NCBI GenBank assembly: GCA_000934665.2
Contig: KZ538844.1
Coordinates: 62,001-94,709 of the forward strand
DNA: 32,709 nt
Reading direction: 5' to 3'
Source: Catajapyx aquilonaris
Taxonomy: Eukaryota
The first letter of the stretch is position 1. Each line of letters begins with the position of its first letter. Below are positions 11,601 to 23,600 of this stretch, piece by piece. The notes below the pieces were generated by a model. That model was not told where the DNA came from and did not search any database. It saw nothing but the letters and a program-made list of their open reading frames with translations. Both the position numbers and the translations under genes were made by a program.

Positions 11601-14600
11601 GCCGTGAAAAAAATGAATAGGCAGCCATATAGCATTGAACCAAGTCGCATAAATTCCGGCCATGTGCCACGTCGACCCTAATTACCCTCGTTTGCAAATT
11701 GCACCGTTTGCGTGTCTGGGCATTGTGTAGACCTCATATCCGCGCCGAATGATCGTCGACATCAAGACACGGAAATGCTGTCGCGCGCACCGTACCTTGG
11801 GATGCTGTAGGGTGGAGTCCTGCGTTATGGTCCGATCGATATAGATACATAGGCCAGGTCTGCAGTTGGCTGATGAGTTGACCAGCTTAGCAGGATGGGA
11901 AAGGTGCTCACGACGTCGGCACTTCAGCACACGGTGTTCTCAATGTGGGTTACTAGTCGATTATAGACTTGTATCCTGTGGGATTGGGATGATTGAACGG
12001 CGATGATTGACTCGGATCGCCATGCCTTACACTGACCGTGGCAGGAATATTTATAATGTAAGTAGACAGTTCAATGGTTTTATTGAAGTGTACTGGCGGA
12101 ATCGGCTGGTAATTTATATTGTAGCGCAGATGTTCCGGGAGGCTACTTGTTGAATTTTGAGAGTAACAGCTTAGGAGGAGTAATTTTATGCAGACTGCTG
12201 TCCTACACATGTGGTATGTCAGACTAATGATAACTGGGCTGAACAGGTGTAATCACAATGGGAGGGAAATACGCGTTGATAAGATAGGCCGAAAGCATAT
12301 CCTTTTGCCAAATGAATTGTATTGATTTACCTATCATATAGATTTGGATCCTGTAAGTGGTATTTGGTTGTTTTCTTTTTATCGTACCGACAGCTGGAAA
12401 TTGCCAACTTGCCGTAATGGAAGGGAACTGCGTTACGAGTAATTTATTGCGTAACAACAATGAGCTTTACGAGTGTGTAAGGAAGTCCGGGAATGTATGC
12501 AAAGTCGAAAACGACTACCTCCTGTCCAGAAATAGTGCCCAGGACGTCTTGGAAAATGGACAAGGTATTACCAGCCAAGAATTCGTCGTCTGACAAGTTA
12601 GCGCTGACCAGTCAGCGAATCCCAGTACTTACATCGTGTGAACTGGCGAAAAGTCGGTGTCCTATATACCTGTGGACGGGAGGAAATCCATGATTACACT
12701 TCCCACTAACTAGGTTCGCATTGACTCAAGAGGGACCGCAGTGCGGTTCCAGTCTTTGAGTACACTCCCGGCTGAAGTCATTTAAGCTGGTGGATATAGC
12801 CTGCAGGTGTGAGCAAAGACCGCGCTCGAAAAGATCAAAGGCTCATGCCGGTGCCATAAAACAGGGCCTTCAGTATTCCCGTTTTTCAGACGAAACCTAT
12901 TTTAGGACACTAAATTTAATATCGCGAGCATCCTGAAGATATGGTTGGTTTGAAAGCTACGTATCGGGCTTATGGGAAGGTGTTGCCGTGTGATTAGAGC
13001 CGGGTGACAGACTTGGAAGGCGTAATCGAGGACGGAAACGACGTAAGCGATATAAAATCCGAGCCTTTAGCTGTTTGCACACTCGGCTAGTTACGAAACA
13101 TAAAATGGAGAAGAAAGTCGGCAGCAGTAAAGGCTCGTTAGTGTCGAGGCTGTCGGCGCATTTCGAGGCATCAGAAGTAGTCCAGACGAGTGGACTCCAG
13201 CAGAGTCATGGACCGGCAGGGTGGAGACTACCGCCGGGATCTAGAATGGATCATGCAGACACAGTTCTGCGGGCATCCTGTGCATCTGCCACTGTCACGG
13301 TCAGGTCCACGCGGAATTCCCTTATGGCTAAGGCGGTACCGGATTGTACGCGCGTGGTTGCGCGTACCACACAGGACAAGCCCAAAACTGACATCTTTAA
13401 GGTATTGTCGCTATCTGGGGTAGATGACACGTTAGAGTGATTGATCGCCGTTTCTTTCGCGTTGGTTTGACAGAGATGTTTCGTCGCGTTTGATTTACGA
13501 GCGCCGGGTAATGACTCGGAGGTGATTTGATTCCGTGAGATGATATTGGTTTGGGGAAAAGTTGCATCCGATTGTAGGATGCTGGGGTATTGACTAGTGG
13601 AAAAAATGGGATGTAGGGCACTGCAGGGGGGTTAAATATTGTTTGCGGGGTTAAATTTTCTTATGGAGAGGATTGTGTAGATTCACGCAGGGAGTCCGCA
13701 ACTTGGTAGAAATCCTGCATCGTATCGATTTTTCGGAACTATGGCATTCATATTCCTAGAAATCCAGCCAGATTGAATTAATTTTCTAGGAAAAATCTAG
13801 GGAAAAAAATCAATTACCAAAATGCATCTCGCCAAAGAGCACAAAGGGGCATTGCACAGAATGAACTGCATGGATTTCAAAGGGGGGAAATGGGTGGGGC
13901 AGAAAGAGTAATTTGCATTGGTGTCGGGTTTCTCTGGAAGCCTTTTGATCCTATGTTTCCTTGATGGGGTGGAGGGTGGGAGACAAAGGGGGTTAACTGG
14001 GCTGGAGGTGGATAAGTGCGCTGGTACTGAAGGCATGTTGTGTGTGTGTAGACACAAACACAAGGTTATCCAATTAAATTTCTCATTTCAGTTAGCCAAT
14101 TTTGGCACTAAGATGCTTCATTTTAAGCAGTTACTTTTAGTGGTTATGAAAATATTAGCAGCTAATATTAGTCCTTGGCCTGATTAATAAATAATCTCTC
14201 CACACACTTAATTGTCATGAATTTCCGATTTGGCATGGGCCAATTGACATGGAACATAAATGATAGAATCCAATTTTGAAGACCAACATGCCCCTTACAG
14301 GCTTTGAAAAGGATGGCTCCACACAACCTAATGTTACCAACTAATACTTTTGATGACTTCTAAAAGTAACTATCCAAAAGTAACGAAAGGCTTAAATTAG
14401 CAGCTTAGTGCCACTTTGAATTGAAACGGACAATTTAATTTCAGAATGACCCTGTAAATATAATATAATGTGTGATAGTAGCCCTACTGCATGCAGGAAG
14501 CAATGGCCTATCATGTGCTCATGCTTCCTGGGTACGTTGCGTTGCAGGAACAAGGCTTGCAACTTGAACGAACAACTTACTGGAAAGATCCGGTTACAGT

Positions 14601-17600
14601 TAAATTTTTTTTTTAAACAGGCAGAGTTGATAATGAGTTCTCCGAGGTTTTATTGGGCCCATTCTTTTCATTGGCTAAGTTTAACATGAGCAGTAGAAAA
14701 GTAACATTTTATATTGGTCACTTTTAATGCTCATAGTGTGTTAAGAATTTTATTTTGATGAAGCAGCCATCATAGTAGTGCTTCTAGGTACAACACAGTG
14801 AGATGAGCTGCTACGGCATAGCTTGACTGTTATGACACTTTGCAATGTGGAAGGCACTAGTTAGAAAAATTCATGAGAAACAGGGACCTGCTAACCATCG
14901 TGAAGCTCCTGGTCGCCGTTCAGTAGGTTTTGCCTTGGAAAGTACTGGCGGGAAGCGTCAAAGCCTTCAAAATGTAATGCACAATTCAAATCTTTCACCT
15001 GTTGTGAGCCTTAGGGCCAGTTGTATGAAAGTAAATTAAGGAGAAAATTTCCAATTAAGCATATTCTAATTCATAACCAGAGCTTTTATCCTTAATTTGC
15101 AATGTTACAATTGGCCCTTCGTGTTGTGTCAGGAAATCAGGGTTCTGGAAATCTAATTCTTTGCCATTTTCAGCTTGGTGAACGTGGATCTGGCCTTCGA
15201 CCACATGGAACTGTTCAAGATTTTTATGCCCTTCGAGACCAATGCATGCAAGAGGGCAGATTGTTTGAGGATCCAGACTTTCCTTGCACCGATAAATCCA
15301 TTTTCTTCAGCAGGAAACCTCAGAAAGCATTTGTTTGGCGGCGGCCTCATGTGAGTAACATCTGTTTTATAAAATGTATTGGATTTATTGATTGCATTCA
15401 TCCACAGGAAATTATACATGATCCCCGTTTGTTTTATGAAGGGGCCAGCAGATTTGATGTTAAGCAAGGTGACCTAGGTATGTTCTGTCTTGCTTGATGA
15501 CGATGTAACTCTCACAAGGTGTAATTGCATGTTTCACTGTGAACTTCAATCTGCAGGAGATTGTTGGCTTTTGGCTGCTGTGGCCAACCTGACTCTGAAC
15601 CCCACCCTTTTGCATCGTGTGGCACCAGAAGACCAGAACTTTCAAGAGCTATATGCGGGAATATTTCACTTCAGGTATGCCATCTTGGGAGTTGCACATC
15701 CTCAGATGAAACTAAGCATAAGCTATATTTTAAAATATTTGCAGGTTCTGGCAGTATGCTCGATGGATAGATGTTGTCATTGATGACAGATTGCCAACTT
15801 ACAATGGGAAGCTTGTCTTTATGCATTCAGCCAGCAAGCAGGAGTTCTGGAGTGCCTTGCTGGAGAAGGCCTATGCAAAGTGAGACATAATCTAATCTAT
15901 GATGCAAACTGAGTCTTGGCAAGTCTTGGTACATTTTGGCTTTGCATGTACTGTACAGGAAGTACCCATTTTACGCCGTTAATTAGTTCCAGCAAAACGA
16001 GGTGTAAAGTGAATTGGTGTAAAATGAGACAAAATTATAATGTATGTCAATAAGATAGGTTCCAAAATTTCCAAAAAATTTCCATAAGCAGTACTAATGT
16101 TGCGGTTTTTAATGCTGAATATTTGAAACATTGATTAATGGGAGGTTCCAGGTTGAGGGCCATTGGGTGTTGAGGGCTCCTTTCCTTATTTAGGCAAAAA
16201 TTGCAGTACACGTTGAGTATTTAACAGCGGTTAGAGTACTTCGGGGAGTGCCGAGACCAACAATATGGTACTGTATGTATCGATAGAACCTGCCACAAGG
16301 CACCAGGAAAAACAAAAGAAGAGCCTTTACAGTTGTGTGTTTGGACTGAGAAGTGTTGCAGTGATGTGTTTATGTTTAGATTGTGCTATTTTCAAATTTT
16401 GCGATAGAAAATTTTCAAATGTAATACAGGGTCATCGAAAAAGAATGTCCCATTTTTAAAACCATATTTATAATTCGAAAACTTCCAGACATATTTTAAC
16501 CCAGATATGCAGAGTGTCCCCTATAGGGGACACCTGCACAGTTGTTATATATTTATTTTTTTGCGCTGGTTCTTCTGCTGCTAAAGAGCTGGCAGTAGTC
16601 ACGGGGGCTTCAGGAGAGTCCCAGCTAATGATGCAAGTTCAAACCTGCTCAAATATTGCTTCAGCTTTTTAAGATACAGGTGTTTGAATTTTAACTCAGG
16701 AAATAATGGCTGCACCTTCATGTTCCGTTCTCGAATATTGATTAATGTTATGAGTTATTTGTTATTTGTAATACTTAGAAAACTTATGAATGATGATGTC
16801 GAGGGGAAATATAGGGATATTTTTTACTTTCCTTGTCTGAGAGTAGTGTTGAAATCTGGTGTCCCCTCGGGGGAACACAAGAGGCAAATGCACCCACATA
16901 CCCGTGATAGGGGGAAGGGGAGGTTCCCAAGGGAGGGAGCTGTAATTTTAGTCATTTCTGACTTTGTGAAATACACCAGACCTTTTTCTCCTGGCCCTGG
17001 GCAGAGTAGGGAGTGCAATTCTGCCCCGGCATGTCAGGTGAAAAGTGGAAAAAGACCCGGCCAAGCAGAGGTAGCGGGGACGGGATTTGAACCCCGGCCT
17101 CCTGCTTGGCTGGCCAGTGGTGTAACCACTAGACCACCATGCCTCCCCTAAATTTAATACAAATCCTTTGCTCCCTAACATCAGCCATTTCGAAAAAATC
17201 GCAGAAGCACAAGAACACGGTGTCAAGATAACTGCTGAAACTCGGAAACATGTGCACCTATGGAGACGATATTTTTCAGACTAATAGCTGAAAGGTGCTC
17301 CTAGCGCCCCCTAGCGTCACAAGTTCGTACCTGCACTGGTTTGCACGGTGTATCGACAGTCCGGGAACTTTTCGATCACACCTCGTATTGTCTGGCCAGT
17401 GACTGACTGGATCATCTTGCCCTATTTGTGTCACAGTATGTCAGGATCATCAGCTTAATTATTGGAACATATAGATTTGTCAGTGTTGATGAGTGTTAGA
17501 GCTCTGTCAGAATAATGTTGGCAGGTTTCATTAGATGTGCTGATCACGATGTCAGCCTGAAATCTACAGACAGTAGTACAGTTCAAATCATCGCTTTTAA

Positions 17601-20600
17601 AACATGTTTATTCTTCAGAATTTAGCTCTCATTCTTTTATGGGTAGAAATTTTGTGAATGCTCACCCCTGTGAACCCCTGTGAATGCTGTGAACCTTCAA
17701 GTTAGGCATGTAATCATGCACACTCTTGGAAAGCCCATTAAATGGGCATTCTGACTGTGTGTGTAACTCACTCCCATACTTGAAGGCAAGGTGATAGGAG
17801 CTTGTGAATATAAGAGTCTGTCGATGTGAGGTCAATTCTGTAACATGGATTATAATGTGCTTCATCCCTTGGTAGTTGCTTGCAGAGCAGCAATTATTCT
17901 ATATTTTTGCACAAATTTTTTACCTGACTTGTTGCAAAGATGTTGAAGACGTGTAATCCCAAGCATCTTCAATGAATGTACACTTAATACATCTTCCTTA
18001 CTTTTGGCAGGCTGTTTGGTTCCTATGAAGCACTCAAAGGTGGCACCACCATGGAGGCCATGGAGGACTTCACTGGTGGAGTTACTGAAATGTATGAACT
18101 GGAAAAAGCACCCACGAACCTGTTCAAGATTGTGCTGAAGGCTGCAGAACGGGATTCCCTTATGGGCTGTTCCCTTGAGGTACCTTGAATGAATATACCA
18201 TTTTGCATATACCAGGTTTGATGGTTGGGATCACGGTCTTAGAAGGAGAGGTCGGGAAACTCCCCGCCATCTTGCGATCCGTTACTCAATCCCGCCGTGG
18301 CGCTGACTGGAGGTGGCCATGATGTGAGGATCTCCATATTGCGGCCATCTTGGTATACGCTATCGGTAGTAATCGGGAGGGGAATCGTCCACGGACCGCC
18401 AATTCAAATCGAGTGTTCTCCAGGGTCGCGAGATCGTGATCACAACGGATATCGATACCTGCCGATGGTGATACCGGTATGCAAAATCGATTCCATAAGT
18501 GCTGTTGATGGGTTGTACCGACAGGGTCGCTAGTTGTTATGGCGAATGAACGACACGCACAGCGAGATTCCATTGTTTTTACTAGCGCCGCTGCGGGAAG
18601 GAATAACGGATCGGCCTTTTCTATTGCGCTGGGATAGAAGTGTCCAGGGGCTGGTTGGGATATTGATAACATCGGTGCAGAGCATTTCCTCTCCCCCTTG
18701 ACATTTGCATATCAAGTGTAATTTATTGCTATCACAGTAAATTATTGTCCATTACAACAACTTTTCAAATGATGTGTTCAGGCATGTATGCAAGCTGTAC
18801 AATGACACACTATGGACTGTTGCACCTGTTCAAAAATCCCATCAAAGGGAAATATCTCTTTACATGCCGTCATCATCTGTGGTTGGTTTCCTTATAGAGT
18901 TATGTGCTTTAAAAATGTCAAACCTCTCTAACTCAAAACTTCTATAACTCGAAGTTTTTTCCTGTCCCATGGAGATTCGACTTATAGAAGTTTTACTGTA
19001 CTTCAATGTGACGTGCACTAATCTTTTTCATTTCATCTGCAGCCTGACCCAAACATAACTGAAGCAGAGACTCCTGAGGGCCTGATAAAGGGTCATGCTT
19101 ATAGTGTGACTCGGGTGAAGATGGTGGACATTAGCACCCCCCGGGTGTCGGGGAAGATTCCCTTGATCCGTCTGCGAAATCCATGGGGGAATGAGGCAGA
19201 GTGGAAGGGACCATGGAGTGATGGGTCACAGGAATGGCAATTCATCTCAGAGGATGAGAAAGAGGCCCTTGGATTGACCTTTGATGATGATGGGGAATTT
19301 TGGATGTCCTGGAAGGACTTCCTCACTCGGTTCACACGAATGGAAATCTGCAACCTGAGCCCAGACTCACTGGAGGGGGAGGATGGAGAAGGACGCTTTA
19401 AGTGGGAAATGAGCCTGTTTGAGGCTGCATGGATCAAGGGAGCTACTGCAGGTGGATGCAGGAACTTCCTTGAGACCTTTGCACATAACCCACAGTATCG
19501 GATTGAGCTGGATGATCCAGACGAGGATGATGAGGATGACAAGTGCACTGTCATTATTGCCCTGATGCAGAAGAACAGGAGGGCACAAAGGAAGCTTGGA
19601 GTTGACTGCTTGGCCGTAGGGTTCGCCATCTATCATGTGAGATGACAGTAGTCTTGCATGCTTTGGAGAGGGAAGATGAAACAATAAAACAGTCAAATTT
19701 TTTAATTATGTAAATCGGGAAATTTTGTGGACTTGAAATTTTCATCTTAACTTGAGGGCCTTTAAGGCCATGGTAATTGTTGATGTGGGGTAGGGCTGCA
19801 TGAGACATGCATTGATTTCATTGCCATCATGAGGCAAGTTGTATTTTGCATACATGTAGTGTAATTATCAAATAGTTTCTCTATATTTGGGTAATTAGGT
19901 GGGTGGATTTACTTAGGGATGCAGGTATTATGCTAGAGTTGCAGGCATGCAGTAGTGCATCATTATTGGCAGAATTTTAATTGAATGTTCAAGGGATTCC
20001 ACATGATGGTATCAACGATGATGATACAATGCCTCCCAATAATATTATACAAAACTATACAAAATTATACAAACATAGTCTATCTAGGAGATTATTGCCT
20101 CTTCAGCAGAAAGTTACTGTTGTCGACCACTGCTATCAGGGTATGCATACTGATCATAATAATGGATACCCCGTGATAGGCCCCTTGGGTCTCGTAGAGG
20201 ATCATCTTTTGAATAACCGACTTTAATCATTTGACTGTAATGTGATGGATTTTGATAGTGGGAGGAAATGGGAGAACCCCGAGAAACCCACGCGAACACG
20301 GAGAGAACCCATCGAAACTCTCTCCGCATAAGTATCCTCCGTCCGACCCAGGGATCGAACTCGGGACCTTAGAGGTGGAAGGCTGCGGCGCTAACCACTC
20401 TGCCACCGTGTCACCCTTATGCATACTGATCAACTAACGTTGCCAGTTTTCAAACAGGGGCACACATACCCAGATCGTACATGCAATTTCTGATATAGGC
20501 TATGCTTCTGTGTAGTTTTTAGGGGGATATTCTGTAAACATTTTAAAACTTTTCACAATATCTCTTTTTTCTGTATATGCTAATATTACCATCAAACAAT

Positions 20601-23600
20601 ATTGAGTGATTGACAGTGTTACATAGCAGTTGATCATCAGCAAAATAGTTCATAAATTGCAATGAAGGAAATTAGTAAAGGGCATTGGAAATTAATTTTG
20701 AACTTTGAGTGTGTAGTGCTACTTTTTCTATGTGGTGGTTTGCATTGTACAGTACCCTGCATTAATGGCCATTCACAGACATCGCCACCTGTCCAAGAAC
20801 GAGCGGAATTAGGCGTCGGTGGGCTGTGTCCAAAATACTTGGACAGCTCAAGATATCGCTGTTGATTCAAACGCTTGCTACGAAGCTGGATCACAGCAGA
20901 TCACAGATATATCTGTAGGATGAATTGTAAGGCCATTGCGGTTCCTGTCAATGTATTGAGGTTGTGAACCAGTTATTACACGTACCACGTGAATACCTGT
21001 TAATCCACCGTGATATCTTGAGCCGTCTAGAGCGGTCTCGTGAGCAGTATTGGTGATCAAAGTATTTTGGACACAGCCCACCGACGCCTAGTTCCGCTCA
21101 ATCCCGCCAGGTGGCGATGTCTGTGCATGGCCATTAATGCAGGGTACTGTATGATTTGGGTACTCGCTTCAACGGTACATATACTAAATTGGAACTGTAT
21201 GATTTGGTGACCATTGAATTCATATGATGCTTTATTTATATTAAATGATTTAATTGCAATGATTTGTATCAGTTTCTGATTAAAAATTTCGCAATATTTT
21301 GGGAGAATTTGCATGAGATTACCATTAGTTAACCTTAGCTTCTATGGTGCAGAATGACTTGAAGAGCCAGAAATGATATTGTGCATATTTGATCTGACTG
21401 ATCTGCACTGATCTAATTTCAACCAAAAACAATTTGTATTGATTGAAAATTTGTAAGAAATATTTTGCATTGGTAGTACGCACTTTTCACTTAAAATTGA
21501 TGAGATGCCCTAAAGACCTTATTTCATTTAAAAATAACCAACATTTTATTTGTTTGGCTAAATTCAGATTTGACGTAAGGCACAAGTTGGCTGGGTAATG
21601 GAGGCTCTACCCATGTAATTACATGCTGTAATTGGGTGCAAGGTCGTTATGATGTGGAAAAAATTCGCTCAACAACACCTCTTTATTTTCTATTGTTGTA
21701 TGATGTTATATGCCTTTTAAATGAAATGTAACTTGATTATCTATCTTCCGTTTCAGTTAAGAGACCCTGACAGGCTGCCCAAGCCTCTGGACATGAACTT
21801 TTTCAAGTACAACAGCTGTGTAGGAAGAACGCCCACTTTTATCAACCTGAGGGAGGTGAGCTGCAGGTTCAAGCTACCTCCAGGTACCTACTGCATTGTG
21901 CCTTCCACCTTTGACCCCAATGAGGAGGGGGAGTTCATCATCAGGGTCTTCTCAGAAAAAGGAAGCCACATGCAGTGAGTGAATTTATAACACACTGACT
22001 TTCACCAAATATTTTTCTCTTTTGCAGCAGTAACTCATGCTGAAAATTTGAACATGTAAAAGTGACTGATGTTTCAAAATGTTACTGAGTGCATTTTTTT
22101 ATTTTTTAGGGAAAATGATGAGTCTTTAGGTGTGGGAAATGTGGATGATACAGTAAGTGAATGAGAACCTGACACGAATGTTTCAAAATTCAACATCCTC
22201 ATGACACTGTTCTTTGTTCAAGGTTAATGAGGTAACACCTCAGGAAGAAGAGCATGAGGAGAAAATTCGTCAGTTTTATGTCACAATTGCTGGCGAGGAT
22301 GGTGAAATTGACTGGCGGGAGTTGAAGCAGATCCTAGATTATGCTCTCAAGAAAGGTGAGTGGCTGTTTACTCCTAAAATGAGGAGTGGAAAGCAATTGG
22401 AGTTGGTACAATGAGGGTGCTTCTGGTGTGTTGAGGAATTTAGGACATTCGCCTGCATTACATTAATATACTGCACAATTCTTGTGTAGCAGCTCTAAGT
22501 CAAGAAGTTTGTTTGCACCCTAATTTGGACAGATTTGTTGAAGACAACAGTCACGGGAAGCACAAGTTTGCAAAATTAACATGGAATTATGGTGTGGTTG
22601 GTTTTGATATAAAATTTAATCCTCAGTCTCGGAGTTTGTGTGTACAGTAGTGGTGTTAGGTGGTGTGTGTGGATTTAACACTTGTAATATTTTTGGAATG
22701 TACATGTATTTTTTATTATTTTTCGTGCTTCGTCCGTTGGATTCTTCCAGATGAGGATGGAGATGGCATCCTGGGTAAGCCAAGAAGCATGTTTGTTGAC
22801 ATGCCAAACCTGTAACAATAGTCGCTTTCTCTGGTGAAGGGACAGCACACACAAGTTGTGAACTGTATCAACAAGCACTTATATCCACAAAGCATAAAGT
22901 AGTGCAAGATGTACCCATGTAGCATTGGGTGCACTCATTCTTTTCTGTCACTGTTCTTTTACTGTTGCTTACTGTCTGGACATTTTCCCCATAACATTCC
23001 TTACTTCTATTTTTGGTGAGTGCACTGCACCAGTAGTGTATTAGCGTATATGCCTGCCAGGTTAGCTACTCAGCTATTGATGCTGTGATGAATTACTAGA
23101 ATTTTGTGAAGTTGTCATATTCATTAATATGGAACCTGATGGTTTTCCACTTTCTTCTGCACCAAATCACGGGCTGGAAATCAGAACAATTCACAAAATA
23201 CTTGTTTTTAAGATAGTTGCATTCTTGGCCAGCTACAGCTAATACATATTATGAACGAAGTGCAAGGACATGACCCAATTTCTAATTCTTTCCTTGCTTT
23301 CTACAAGGCGGCTGTGTCATGGACACCACTGGTGGGGATTCCTGCACCAGTGATAACAAAAATTAATTAGTATTTCTGGTTTCAAAGCAAACATTGTATC
23401 TGAACAAGCATTAGCTAATGGCTTAAGTCATGTGCAATCCGTTGCTATTAGCTTATACTGCAATAATAATGCTCATGTCTTAAACTGTAAAAATAGACTT
23501 AATATGGACCTAATATCTTAACGTTTTAAAAACACTTTGACATATAAACCACTTGTGCAGTTCCTATCTGAAGAAATACATTGACATTTAAAATATCTAT

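Noticed and set aside
17075..17148. tRNA gene (also considered at 20345-20416)
   Set aside because: A and B boxes are present, but both heads run into SINE bodies, one with a second copy and one with a TSD; no convincing cloverleaf was found.
19099..19629. 176-aa minus-strand ORF
   Set aside because: Antisense shadow of the 594-nt calpain exon.
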